Positions 13,197 to 26,498 of a stretch of 64,000 bases of DNA are shown here, piece after piece. How positions within the stretch are numbered: the first letter of the stretch is position 1; every line of letters begins with the position of its first letter. The translations under genes were made by a program, and so were the position numbers. Where the stretch lies: the NCBI RefSeq assembly GCF_046119375.1, contig NW_027362765.1:174344001-174408000 (forward strand), in the 5' to 3' direction. The notes below the pieces were generated by a model that worked only from the letters and a program-made list of their open reading frames with translations, was not told where the DNA came from and searched no databases. The DNA comes from Phyllobates terribilis (lineage: Eukaryota).

Positions 13197-13668
13197 GTAA
13201 GTCTGCTTTTATAGATGTGATTGTAGAAAAATGACAGAACCCATGGTTGTCTATGTCAATGGGCTGTAGACAAGTTGTACAAAAGTCTTAAATCACATTC
13301 TCGAGTGTGTATATACCGGTACGCATATGTATGTGTATGGATACATGATCCAGTTTTCCCCATCAAAGTTAATCTATCACTCCTGATCCCAATTGTCCAT
13401 CCACTGCACCAAACATTCTGAGAATTTTACGCATTTACATAATTATTTGTTATTTTATGCTAAAAATGCATCTAAGCCCTTTTTGAAACAATCAATGGTT
13501 ACCACTGTGACCAGCTCCTTAGGTGGAGTATTCTTATGGTAAAGAAGCCTTGTCTCCTTAGGAGGTTGAACCTTTCTCCAGATGGAGGGAGGGAGTGCTC
13601 CTTCATCTCTTTACGGGGTTTAACATGATACAGATTTAGATAATTTCTTTATATGGATCATTTTTATA

Positions 13669-15263
13669 CAGTGGCTACGGAAAGTATTCAGACCCCTTTA
13701 AATTTTTCACTCTTTGTTTCATTGCAGCCATTTGGTAAATTCTAAAAAGTTCATTTTTTTTCTTATTAAAGTACACTCTGCACCCCATCTTGACTGAAAA
13801 AAACAGAAATATAGAAATGTTTGCAAATTTATTAAAAAAGAAAAACTGAAATATCACATGGTCATAAGTATTCAGACCCTTTGCTCAGGCACTCATATTT
13901 AAGTCACATGCTGCCCATTTCCCTGTGATCCTCCTTGAGATGGTTCTACTCCTTCATTGAAATCCAGCTGTGTTTAATTAAACTGATAGGACTTGATTTG
14001 GAAAGGCACACACCTGTCTATATAAGACCTCACAGCTCACAGTGCATCTCACACCAAATGAGAATCATGAGCTGAAAAGGAACTGCCCAAGGAGCTCAGA
14101 GACAGAATTGTGGCAAGGCACAGATCTGGCCAAGGTTACAAAAGAATTTATGCATTACTCAAGGCTCCTAAGAGCACAGTGCACTCCATAATCCTTTAAA
14201 TAGATGAAGTTTGGACCACCAGAAGTCTTCCTAGACCTGGCTGTCCAACCAAACCGAGCAATCGTGGGAGAAGAGCCTTGGTGAGAGAGGTAAAGAAGAA
14301 CCCCAAGATCACTGTGGCTGAGCTCCAAAGATGCAGTAGGGAGATGGGAGAAAGTTCCACAAAGTCAACTATCACTGCAGCCCTCTATCAGTCGGGTCTG
14401 TATGGCAGAGTGGCCCGATGGAAGCCTTTCCTCAGCGCAAGACATATGAAAGCCCACTTGGCGTTTGCTCAAAAACACATGAAGGACTCCCAGACTATGA
14501 GAAATAAGATTCTCTGGTCTGATGAGACGAACATAGAACTTTTTGGTGATAATTCTAAGCGGTATGTGTGGAGAAAACCAGGCACTGCTCATCACCTGCC
14601 CAATACAATCCCAACAGTGAAACATAGTGGTGGCAGCATTATGCTATGGGGTGTTTTTCAGCTGCAGGGACAGGACGACTGGTTGCAATTGAAGGAAACA
14701 TGAATGCGGCCAAGTACAGAGGTATCCTGGATGAAAACCTTCCAGAGTGCTCTGGACCTCAGACTTGGCCGAAGGTTCACCTTCCAACAAGACAATGACC
14801 CTAAGCACACAGCTAAAATAACAAAGGCGTGGCTTCAGAATTGACCATTCTTGATTGACCAACCAGAGCCCTGACCTAAACCCAATTGAGCATCTCTGGA
14901 GAGACCTGAAAATGGCTGTACACCAACGTTCACCATCCAACCTGATGGAACTGGAGAGGATCTGCAAGGAAGAATGGCAGAGGATCCCCAAATCCAGGTG
15001 TGAAAAACTTGTTGCATCATTCTCAAGAAGACTCATGGCTATACTAGCTCAAAAGGGTCTGAATACTTATGACCATGTGATATTTCAGTTTTTCTTTTTT
15101 AATAAATTTGCAAAAATGTCTACATTTCTGTATTTTTCAGTCAAGATGGGGTGCAGAGTGTACTTTAATGAGAAAAAAAAAGAACTTTTTAGAATTTACC
15201 AAATGGCTGCAATGAAACAGCGTGAAAAATTTAAAGGGGTCTGAATACTTTCCGTACCCACTG
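13669..15263 (+). mobile_element. Tc1 element (DD34E type), degenerate, in the sp2 intron before the large exon
   Basis: TA|cagtggctacggaaagtattcagacc ... tccgtacccactg|TA; ~200-bp TIRs; frameshifted transposase (WSDE, NPIE). Confidence 0.93.
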
Positions 15264-15401
15264 TACTTGTACAAGTTGTTCATTTTTTCCCCTTAGACAT
15301 ATCTTCTCAAGACTAAATAAATGTAATTATTTTAACCTTCCCTCATAACCAAGAGCCTTCATGCCCCTTATCAGTTTTGTGGCTCTTTGTACCTTTTCTA
15401 A

Positions 15402-16025
15402 AGGCCCCGTCACACTAAGCGATGCAGCAGCGATCCCGACAACGATACGACCTGTCAGGGATCGTTGCTGCATTGCTAATACATCGCTGGTGAGCTGTCA
15501 AACAGGCAGGCTCACCAGCGATGAGGGGAGCAGCGATATCGTGGAAAGAATCGTTCCACGATGTCCTGCTCCCGTTACCAGCCTGCTGCAAGCAGGAGCA
15601 GGCTGGTAACTATGGTAAACATCGGGTTACTAAGTGCGCGTGTGCCCCTAGTAACCCGCTGTTTACCATGGATACCACTCTGCTACGGTGCGCGGGAGCC
15701 TCTGCGCACCGTAGCAGAGTGGTATCCATGGTAAACAGCGGGTTACTAAGTGCGCGCGTGCCCCTAGTAACCCGATGTTTACCATAGTTACCAGCCAGAT
15801 CGTTGGTCCCGCTGGTCACACACAGCGATGTGTGCTGGCCAGCGGGAGGCCAACGACCAAAAAATGGTCCAGGACACTTTGCAACGATCAGCGACCTCAC
15901 AGCAGGGGCCTGATCGTTGCAAAGTGTCACACACAGCGACATCGCTGGTGAGGTCGCTGGTGAGTCACCAAAACCGTGACTCAGCAGCGATATCGCTAGC
16001 GATATCGCTATGTGAGACGGGGGCT
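15402..16025. mobile_element. PIF/Harbinger-like MITE with long internal inverted repeats
   Basis: TIRs ggccccgtcacac / tgtgagacgggggc flanked by TAA-like sites; fold-back interior. Confidence 0.7.
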
Positions 16026-16149
16026 TAACTCTAGGCCATCCTTTCTATGAACTGATGCACAGAATGGAACTGCATATTCTAGATGAGGTCGAACTAATGC
16101 TTTGTAAAGTGGTAGTATTACATCCCTGTCTCTCAAGTTCATACTTCTT

Positions 16150-16785
16150 TTAAAGGGGTTGTGCCACCATAAAGAATACATTTAACCAAGCAGAAAAGGA
16201 GTAAATAAATGTTTTTGTAATTTACAGTTATTAAAAATTCAAAAAATACCAAGCTTTTATCTTTTGTAGTATGCCCTCTGACGTTATGCTACCTCACAGA
16301 TTTGACAGTGCAGGGAGCGTATTGCTGAAAGTCTTCCCACCCCCCCTTACTCCCCTGACCTCTGGGTGAGATCGTTCGGCTTCATAGAGCTGTGTGTGTG
16401 AGCACGGGAAGCCTCTCTCTGCAATTGCACTCACACAGGTCTGTGGTGATCTCACCCGGGAGGGGGGGGGTCACTGACATGTATCCATGCTTCCTCAGCA
16501 ATATGCTCCCTGCACTGTCAGACTTGTGAGGGAGAATACGTTGTGCCCACTGGGGGTGGGGAGTTGGGGGAACCTCTTATGTTGACAGGAACTGTGCAAA
16601 CTGGCCAGCTGATTGGCCACTGGGAGGACGGAATGGAATAACGCCAGGGAGCATACTTCAGAAGATAAAAGCTTGGTATTTTTTGAATGGAGCATATTTT
16701 TTAATAACTGTAAATTGCAAAAACATTTATTTCCACCTTTTCTGCTTGGTTAAATGTATTCTTTATAGTGGCACAACCCCTTTAA
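16150..16785. mobile_element. TTAA-type (Kolobok/T2-like) MITE
   Basis: TTAAaggggttgtgccac ... gtggcacaacccctTTAA, with TIRs of about 110 bp. Confidence 0.8.
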
Positions 16786-17691
16786 TACATCACAGTACCC
16801 TGCTGGCCTTAGAAGCCACGGATTGACTTTTCATACTGTTATTTAGTCTGTGGTCTACAAGTACACCCTGATCCTTCTATACAAGTGACTCTCCTAGTTT
16901 TACTACACTAGAACATATGGCGCTCGAATGTTATTAGTGCCCATGTGCATAACTTTAAAGAGAACCTGTCACTAGGTTTTTCTCATATAACGTATGGCCA
17001 CCACCATTAGGGCCCTTTTAACAGCATACTGGAATGCTGTAAAAAAAAAAAATTAAATAAAAAAAATAATCCCCAATATAGTCTGCAGATCCCAAAAAAT
17101 ATTGCATTATACGTTACCACCTGTTTTGGACACTGTCTGTTTCTCTCATGCTTATAGTGCTGTACATAGTCCCTTACAGGCGCCTTGAACGGCTTTTCCA
17201 CAATGCATTAACCAGCTTACTGGGCTATAATTACCTGGGAAAGACCTGAAAATGGGCACCACATAGGTTTTGAGCCATTTGCTTGGTACAATATCATATC
17301 AAAAATTATGCATAGGGGCCCAGCAGGACTGAGCAATATTTGTAGTATGATATAATGAAGGGTATTTCCTTGGGGCAGTATATGGAAGTAAGGACTTTCT
17401 GTGACTCCGTACTCCAAAGCTATAAGCATTCTATGTACCACCATATTAATCATGTATACTCAGCTAGAGTCTAGGGGAAAATATCTCTAGAACATATGAC
17501 TTTTTTATAATATGTAAGAACCTGACATAAAGGTCTTGAATAAAATCTGTGGCATAGGCAGTGGAGGTGTGCTTTATATAACTCGGGCTGCAGAGTGTAG
17601 TGTATTGGCATACATGAGCCTGTCAGGGTTGTTCTTGTGTCCTGTCTCTTTACCATGTAACAAGGCATCTGTGTTTTATTCACCCATCTAG

Positions 17692-18555
17692 GACACACAG
17701 CCTTCTCCTCTGGCTCTCCTGGCAGCCACATGCAGTAAAATTGGTCCTCCTGCTATTGAAACAGCTGTGACTACCCCTGTACCACAACGACCAAGTCGCA
17801 AAAGGTTGATACCTATAAAGCCTGCACCATTACCAGTGAGTCCCGGAAAAACAAGTATAGGACTTTTAAATGCCAAAGGGAATGTGATCCAAATTCCACA
17901 ATTGGGGACAGGAAACGGGCAGCTCTTCTTCACCATACAGAACCCAGGGGGTAAGGCCGGACGCTATCAAGCTTTGCAGACTTCTCCTCAGGCAGTTCCA
18001 CAGACTCTGGGCACTCAGTTTCAGATTATTAGTCCTAATGATGGTGGCACGACCCTTCAGCTTACTCCACACTCCAGTTCTACAAAACATGTGCCCATAA
18101 AGCCTGCCCCTCCACAGAAAAACAGCAGTGTTATGAAGTTGACTGGAACTGCTGGCAACAACCTCACTTTGGCACTGCCTCTCAATAATCTGGCAGACAG
18201 CTCATCTGAAATCTGCAGTCAACTTGTTCATAGCAGGCAGAGTAAAAAGCCTCGTAAGAAGCCCCTGCCACCAGGGCCGACACCTGGCTCTCCCACCCAG
18301 GAGCAGGTGGAGACTGTAGTCATTGAAACAACTGCAGACAATATCCTCCAAGCTGGAAACAACCTGCTGATTGTCCAGAGCCCCAATGCAGGTCAGCATG
18401 CTGTATTACAGCTTGTACAGCCCAAAGCGGAGACACAGCTGGTGCAAATACCACAACAGGCACTGAGAGTGGTACAAGCAGCCTCCGCTACACTGCCAAC
18501 AGTGCCACAAAAGCCAGTACAAACTGTCCAGAGCACAGAAGCTTTTCCCACACAG
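17692..18555 (+). CDS. sp2: Sp2 large exon: Sp box and Gln-rich region (288 codons)
   Basis: DTQPSPLALLAATCSKIGPP (Sp box), PIKPAP motifs and EQVETVVIETTADNILQAGNNLLIVQSP; ag|17692 and cag|gtatga; phase 0/0. Confidence 0.97.
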
Positions 18556-18694
18556 GTATGAAGGCATTTTCTCATGTTTAATTCATGTATGATTTTCTGT
18601 GACTTTGTACCAACAAGCTCGTGGAAGTAAGGTGGCATTGCAAGATTTCAACATTAATTTAGTTGATATTTAAAGGCATTGTCCATCCCTGGCT

Positions 18695-19465
18695 TTAGAG
18701 AGGTTGTCCAGTACTTTAGCATTGATGACCTATCCTTAGGATAGGTCATCAATGAATGATCGGCCGGGGTCCGACACCCGGCATTCCCAACGATCAGCTG
18801 TTATCGGCGACGGCCACTGGTCGGAAGTCAGAACGAGGTTTTCATAAACTTGTATTGAAAAGTGACCTCCGTGCAGCTCCATGAAACACTGGAGGTGCGG
18901 GTTAGGTCACTTTTCGCCAGAGACTGATGTCGAAAACGGATGAAAACGCCAGAAGGCGAGTATGAGACAGGGGGCAAGGGACTTACATTTAAAGCACCAC
19001 TTCAGCAGTGCAATAAAAAAAAAGCACTGGAACTGCTCCATCTTCTGATAGTGGCGACGGCAGGGTACTGCACATCTGCCTTCTATTGATTTGAACAGCC
19101 CAAAGCGGAGACACAGCTGGTGCAAATACCACAACAGGCACTGAGAGTGGTACAAGCAGCCTCAGCTACACTGCCAACAGTGCCACAAAAGCCAGTACAA
19201 ACTGTCCAGAGCACAGAAGCTTTTCCCACACAGGTATGAAGGCATTTTCTCATGTTTAATTCATGTATGCTTTTCTGTGACTTTGTACCAACAAGCTCGT
19301 GGAATATATAGTACCCTTTCAGAAGATGTGCAGCTCCGCAAGTGAGTATTTCTGGTCGACACCGATAACAGCTGATCAGCGGTGGTGCTGGGAGTCGAAC
19401 CCCGATCGATCAGACATTGGTGACCTATAGGTCATCAATACTAAAGTACTTGGCAACCTCTTGAA
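18695..19465. mobile_element. Composite TTAA-type MITE carrying a fragment of another MITE and a copy of sp2 exon sequence
   Basis: TIRs agaggttgtccagtactttagcattgatgacctat / ataggtcatcaatactaaagtacttggcaacctct. 18822-19040 matches the MITE at 23659-24034; 19095-19304 duplicates 18417-18626. Confidence 0.8.
19095..19304 (+). repeat. 210-bp duplicate of the sp2 large-exon 3' end with its splice donor
   Basis: Identical to 18417-18626 (offset 678) except for two substitutions seen (TCC>TCA; atgatt>atgctt). Confidence 0.95.
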
Positions 19466-20516
19466 TTTAAAAAAAATGTCCCAGAATCCTGAAAAATAAA
19501 AAAGAAAGATAAAGTCTCAAATTACCCATCCCTCATTGTTTCTCTTGCAGAACTTCTCTGGCCCCCATCTGTCTTTGTGCTTCCTTTTCTGGCTGAACAG
19601 GCATAAGACCACTGTAGCCAAAAGCTGGCCACATCGTTGACCGTGCCAGTAAATGGTTGTAGCGGTCATGTGTTGTTTTTGTCAGAATAGTATGTACTGG
19701 GACTCACAGGGCAACCGGGTGGTGCTGGAAAGGGAACAATGGGATCAGTTAGTTGAGTAAATATTATTTTTTTATTTTCAGCATTTAGTGCTATTTAAAG
19801 GACAACTGATACCAGAAAAACGCTATTAACTTGCAGATGTGGGGTTAATCTGCAGGTTAATAGTGACATTAACCTGCCTGGTGGCTGCACTTAGCCAATC
19901 TCTGCTGGGAGAAAATGAACTTTATTTCCCCGGCAGCGCTAGGCTTTCAGTCATGGGGGGGCGGTGCCAGCGTTGGTTCAGTGATCTCTCTGGGTATACA
20001 GAGCGATGGCTATAACCGCGCGCCCAGCCCTGACTGACCCTCGCTCTGCCAGTCAGAGCCGGGGATGCGGTTACAGCTGCTTCTCTGTATACTCGTAGCT
20101 GTGACTGACCCGGCCCTGCCCTTATGACTAGAAGCCGACTTCTGCTGGGAGGAATTTAAATTTAAAGCAAAACTGAAAGAAATGAACTGGAATATAAGTT
20201 AGTGTGCATGCAACGTGTAGGCGCATGTTCACACTGGCGGCTAAACAGAGGAAAACTAAGATAAAAACAAAATGAGCAAATACCCTGCAGTAAGTAAATA
20301 AATAGCAATAGTGCATGAAAACAATATAGGGTACTTCGTTAACATTGTCTTGATCAAAAAAACTTAAAAGCCATCCCACCACGTCACGGTGACCCTATAT
20401 GGGACAGTCCTAATCTATAGTATTAAAACCTTGCTATATGTCATTACATAAATATGAATAAGGGCCTAGCAGGACCGAAGTCCCGACTATTGAACACCCA
20501 GCATTGGGGAGATATA

Positions 20517-22149
20517 CAGTGGGTACGGAAAGTATTCAGACCCCTTTAAATTTTTCACTCTTTGTTTCATTGCAGCCATTTGCTAAACTCTAAAAAGTTC
20601 ATGTTTATCTCATTAAAGTACACTCTGCACCCCATGTTGACTGAAAAAAAAACAGAAATGTAGAAATGTTTGCAAATTTATTTAAAAAGAAAAACTGAAA
20701 TATCACATGGTCATAAGTATTCAGACCCTTTGCTCAGACACTCATATTTAAGTCACATGCTGTCCATTTCCTTGTGATCCTCCTTGAGATGGTTCTACTC
20801 CTTCATTGGAGTCCAGCTGTGTTTAATTAAACTGATAGGACTTGATTTGGAAAGGCACACACCTGTCTATATAAGACCTCACAGCTCACAGTGCATGTCA
20901 GACCAAATGAGAATCATGAGCTCAAAGGAACTGCCCAAGGAGCTCAGAGACAGAATTGTGGCAAGGCACAGATCTGGCCAAGGTTATAATAGAATTTCTG
21001 CATTACTCAAGGTTCCTAAGAGCACAGTGGCCTCCATAATCCTTATATGGAAGAAGCTTGGGGCCACCAGAAGTCTTCCTAGGCCTTGGCGTCCAGCCAA
21101 ACTGAGCAATCGTGGGAAAAGGGCCTTGGTGAGAGAGGTAAAGAAGAACCCCAAGATCACTGTGGCTGAGCTTCAGAGATGCAGTAGGGAGATGGGAGAA
21201 AGTTCCACAAAGTCAACTATCACTGCAGCCCTCCACCAGTCGGGCCTTTATGGCACACTGGCCCAACGGAGACCTCTTCTCAGTGCAAGACATATGAAAG
21301 CCCGCATAGAGTTTGCTCAAAAACACATGAAGGACTCCCAGACTATGAGAAATAAGATTCTCTGGTCTGATGAGACGAACATAGAACTTTTTGGTGATAA
21401 TTCTAAGCGGTATGTGTGGAGAAAACCAGGCACTGCTCATCACCTGCCCAATACAATCCCAACAGTGAAACATGGTGGAGGCAGGATCATGCTATGGGGG
21501 TGTTTTTCAGCTGCAGGGGAAGGAAGACTGGTTGCAATTGAAGGAAACATGAATGCAGTCAGTACAGAGATATCCTGGATGAGAACCTCTTCCAGAGTGC
21601 TCTAGACCTCAGACTTGGCCGAAGGTTCACCTTCCAACAAGACAATGACCCTATGCACACAGCTAAAATAACAAAGGAGTGGCTTCAGAACAACTCTGAC
21701 CATTCTTGACTGGCCCAGCCAGAGCCCTGACCTAAACCCAATTGAGCATCTCTGGAGAGACCTGAAAATGGCTGTCCACCAACGTTCACCATCCAACCTG
21801 ACGGAACTAGAGAGGATCTGCAAGGAAGAATGGCAGAGGATCCCCAAATCCAGGTGTGAAAAACTTGTTGCATCATTCCCAAGAAGACTCATGGCTATAC
21901 TAGCTCAAAAGGGTGCTTCTACTCAATACTGAGAAAAGGTTCTGAATACTTATCACCATGTGATATTTCAGTTTTTCTTTTTTAAATAAATTTGCAAAAA
22001 TTTCTACATTTCTGTTTTTTTTCAGTCAAGATGGGGTGCAGCGTGTACTTTAATGAGAAAAAAATGAACTTTTTAGAATTTACCAAACGGCTGCAATGAA
22101 ACAAAGAGTAAAAAATTTAAAGGGCTCTGAATACTTTCTGTACCCACTG
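20517..22149 (+). mobile_element. Tc1 element, same family as 13669-15263, in the sp2 intron after the large exon
   Basis: TA|cagtgggtacggaaagtattcagacc ... tacccactg|TA. Transposase starts MSSKELPKELRDRIV at 20916, with frameshifts near 21560 and 21695. Confidence 0.95.
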
Positions 22150-23658
22150 TACAAGGGTAATGTCCAGCTCAAAGAAAAGGGAAGCCAAGCCCTTACTTGC
22201 ACTGACTGACTCTGGCTCTGCATTAGGGCCGGCTGACAGTCAGGGGCGCGGTTACGCCTGCTGCTCTCTATACTCAGAGCGGTGACTGAACCCGCGCTAC
22301 CCCATGACTGGAAGTCAAACGCTGCCGGGGGAATAAAGTAAATTTTCTCCATTAGCATTTGGCTAATTGCTGGTGCTGGGCAGCATAATAACACTATTAA
22401 CCTGCAGATTAACCTCATATCTGTAGGTTAATAGCGTTTTTTTCTGTTTACGGGTTCCCTTTAAAAAAATTTATGGGAAGACGAGCTCTGTTTTAATTTT
22501 TTTTAGATGACCTAATAACAATAAGCAAAGGTAATTAGATACTCTGCACTCTAAAATGCGTGATGTATATTTTATTAAGGCAATGCAACAAAAGCAGGGA
22601 CGTTTTGGGACTTAGAAAAGGGCCTTCAGATTGTTATTGTGATGTTAAGACTTCTGAAAGCAGCGCTATGGAGGCGCAACACTAAGCTGTGTAGTGAAAG
22701 CAAAGGGGCGCTATTGCCGCCTCTGACCAACCTTTTTGGCTCCTGATTTGAAAAAGAGTTGTTTAGCGTTTGTCCCGCTCATGTGATTAGATTTGTGACT
22801 CTTTTACCAGAAAGGTAACTAACCACATAGAGAAGAATTTATCATGGCTATCGAAACAATACACCATTCTTGAACCCAACGCTTGCTTGAATAGGGAGCA
22901 CCAAATTTATTAATAGGTTAAGTTTAAGTGACAATGTACACTATTTTGCTTCTGTTCATTAGGCCACAGCCCCACTATCAGTATTTAGTCAAGTCTACTA
23001 TGTGGGGCAGTGCTTTCTCCATTTAAGGTCACGGCCCACTATCAGTATTCCCCACTATCCGTATTTGGTCAGTATTCGATCAGTATTTTTTCCCAGGAGT
23101 GGGAGCCAAAACCAGGTGAGGAGGAACAATCAGAGAAAAGGTATAATAGAAACAAGTCACCAATTCTGCATTTATCACCCACTCCTGGTTTTGGCTCCCA
23201 CTCCTGAGAAAAAATACTGACCCAATACTGATAGTGGGGCCTTGGCCTTTATAGTGAATTTGTTGCTTGGTGGTTGACTGTTACCTTTTGCTAAGTGTCA
23301 GGACCAACACAAAAGGGAAATAAGTTGAAATTGTTTTGCACAAAGACTCAAATTTTGCAACGTTTTGGCATAGAGGGAATGATAAAGCACTGTAACAATC
23401 AGCACCTCATAACGTGATCACAGGCGAGCTATGGCTGACTGCAGAAACTGTGGTTTAGTTGAATAGAATCTGACAGCACGATTTTGTGATGTAAAGACGT
23501 GACAGTAATAATGATTATATTGATACCTTTGGTGAAGAAATCCGCTTTGGGATTCTTCTTTAATCACCATTTGAAGTTTTCTGCTAGTTAGATTTCAGTG
23601 CACTGTGTCTTCTCCTCCCTGTCTGTGATACTCTGCCACTCCGCCTGCCCCCTTTATT

Positions 23659-24034
23659 TTAAAGCACCACTCCAGCATTTGTTGGTTTTTTTTCAGCGCT
23701 GGAGTGGCGCTTTAAATCTAAGTCCCCTGCGCCTGTCATATACTCACCCTCCGGCGTCTTCACAGTTTTTTTGTGCCGCTCCGGAAGTCAGAAGCTACGT
23801 TACAAAAGCGCAATGCAAGTCTATGAGAGACAGAACGAGGCTTTCAGAAACTTGTATTGAAAAGTGACCTCTGTGCAGCTCCATGAAACACTGGAGCTGC
23901 GGGGTAGGTCACTTTTCGCCAGAGACTGATGGCGAAAACAGATGAAAACGCCAGAAGGCGAGTATGAGACAGGGCTTACATTTAAAGCACCACTCCATCG
24001 GTGCAATAAAAAAAATATTGGAGTGGTGCTTTAA
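23659..24034. mobile_element. TTAA-type MITE
   Basis: TTAAagcaccactcca ... tggagtggtgctTTAA. Confidence 0.8.
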
Positions 24035-24494
24035 GAGGAGATTTCAAACAGAGGAGGCAGGTCACTGAAAAAGAAGTGACCTGTCATTCACAGACCGGAG
24101 GGGCTGGGAATCGCAGGGAGGAGAAGACCCAGTGCACAGTTCGGCCCCTGTGCACCGAAATATGATTAACAGAAAACTTCAAATGCTGATTACAGAAAAA
24201 CAACAAAGCAGATTACTTCAATTTCATTTGTATTACTGCACCATTACAGCCATGTCTTTACATTACAAAATCGTGCTGACAGGTTCTCTTTGAGTCCCCA
24301 TTTTTGTACATTTGATTCTGCTAGTGGTCTAATGCCTGTCAACATAATGGTCAACACAAGAAATGCTACTTTTTTCCCATTAAGCAGTGTCCTATTATGT
24401 AAGATAAACAAAAACTTTGCACATTTGGGATCCTCACATCTGCAACAACCCATCTGAATCTAACGCTAACTGAATAGAGGTGGGATCTGCATCT

Positions 24495-24945
24495 AAGGCT
24501 ATGTTCACACATCCAGTAGCAATCCATTGACAAAAAAAGTTGTGCAGACACAACTTTTTTGTCCCGTTGAAAAAAAATGATTTCAACTGGATCCTGTTTT
24601 TTAACATTGAAGTCTATGGAATAGAGATCCATTAAACAGCCATCCGTTTTGCTCCCATTTGAAAAGAATCAGTTTTTTGCTTACTGGATCAGTTTCATAT
24701 GAACCATTACTTGAAAGTTAATATGTCCACTAGTACCATATATGATAAATATTTATTTTTACATCTCCAGTAAGCAAAAACAGGTCCTTTTCAAATGAGA
24801 TAACAATGGAAGGCTATATAACGGATCCGTTTTCCATACACTTCAATGTTAAAAAAACGGATCCAGTTGAAATCAGTTTTTTTCAAGCAGACAAAAAACT
24901 GATCCAACAGCAAAGGATGATTACTGGACATGTGAACATAGCCTA
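24495..24945. mobile_element. Harbinger-like MITE; related TWA-flanked MITEs near 25091-25300, 39968-40643, 46393-46763, 47850-48240, 51675-51998 and 55635-56540
   Basis: taaGGCTATGTTCACA ... TGTGAACATAGCCtag TIRs with a palindromic interior. Confidence 0.7.
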
Positions 24946-25830
24946 GTAGACATTATAGACATTTCATCAATGCCTGAGATAAGAATTCCCCTTTGTCTCC
25001 CAGACCTTACCTCATCTAGAATTGTACTCCCTTGCAAAGCACAGGCTGTCATTTCTTTACCTAGGGGAGGGCTGTTTGTTTGGTTACTCATAAGGGTGCT
25101 TTCACATTGTGTTTCTGCTCCCGTTCGGTACACTCCCGAAAATGATGCACGTCACAGCACATGTTCACTCTGCCGTCACCATTACAGTCTGTGGCCCTGT
25201 CCGTGCATACGTCCGAACCCCGTTTTGCTGGGGATTCAGACGTGAACTCTGATAGGGGACACCGAACGGGTGCAGAAACGCAATGTGAAAGTACCCTTAG
25301 GATATGTGCACACAACATCTTTTTCAGGTGCATTCCGTCTGCACTGAAAACCCGCCTCTAGAAATGATCATAGTGCACAGCAATGTAAAAACGACACTGC
25401 TGTGCGTGTTTTTAGTCTTTTAACTGCTTCAGGGTTCAGAAACGCAGTTAAAATAAGCAACCTGTTTATTCTTATCTATTATAATGTAAAACACAAAGAA
25501 AAGATTCCGCCAGCAACATCTCCTCAGGAAAAATACCGCTCGTAGTTTCCTGAAACGGCTTTGCCTAGAGAACCTCGGCAGCTCCGCCGGTGGAACAGAG
25601 ATGTCGTGTGCACATAGCCTCAAGCTGGGATCATGCATGCAGTTTGTGCTGCAGATTTTAGCCAAAGGTAAAAATTGTTCCAGAAGGAAAGAGAAGAAGT
25701 CTCCTTTTTATATTTTCAGGGTTTGCTTTAACCCAATTCTGGTTTTGACTCAAAAAAACTGGCAGAAATTGCACTTGTAGTCAACCCGCATCCAAAGCTT
25801 TGGGGTTCTATGGTAAGTTCATGTCTTTAT

Positions 25831-26498
25831 CAGGGCTGTGGAGTCGGCATAAAATGGACCGACTACAACTCCTAGAATATATAATAAATTGGGTACAGTA
25901 GTTCAATGCAGTTTGTGGGGAATATTTTTTCATAAGAATTTGGGAAAGTTATGAAATGTCCTATAAATGTCTGTCCTATTCCTGATCTAAGGGTCTAGAC
26001 TTTTAGCTGAGATGAATCTGTGCTACTGTACAATTATCACTTAAAGGGGTATTCCTATCTCCAAGATCCTATCCCAATATGTAGTAGGTGTAGTAATGAT
26101 AATAATATTAGCAAATACCTCCAATTAGAAATGTAGTATAGTTTTTCTGATTTGCTACGTCGCTTTCCTCACGTGCAGGCATTGTAGGACCTTAGGAATC
26201 CATGGTTATGACCACTGATACAGTGACCGTTAGTTAGCTAGTTCCTAGTGGTCGTAGCCATGGATACTTAAGGTTCTGCAATGCCCTGCACATGAGGAAA
26301 GAGACGTAGCGAAACAGAAAAACTATACTACATTTCTAATTGGAGATATTTGCTAATATTATTATTATTACACCTACTACATATTGGGATAGGATCTTGG
26401 AGATGGGAATACCCCTTTAAGCATGAGCCATGTATGAGGGAGTCGGTGGCATGGAAATTGAGGAGTCGGAGGTTTGGCTTACCGACTCCACAGCCCTG
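25831..26498. mobile_element. hAT-like MITE containing a nested TTAA MITE (26041-26420; second copy of the latter at 44294-44644)
   Basis: TIRs cagggctgtggagtcgg / ccgactccacagccctg; the nested element runs TTAAaggggtattcc ... ggaataccccTTTAA. Confidence 0.75.
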
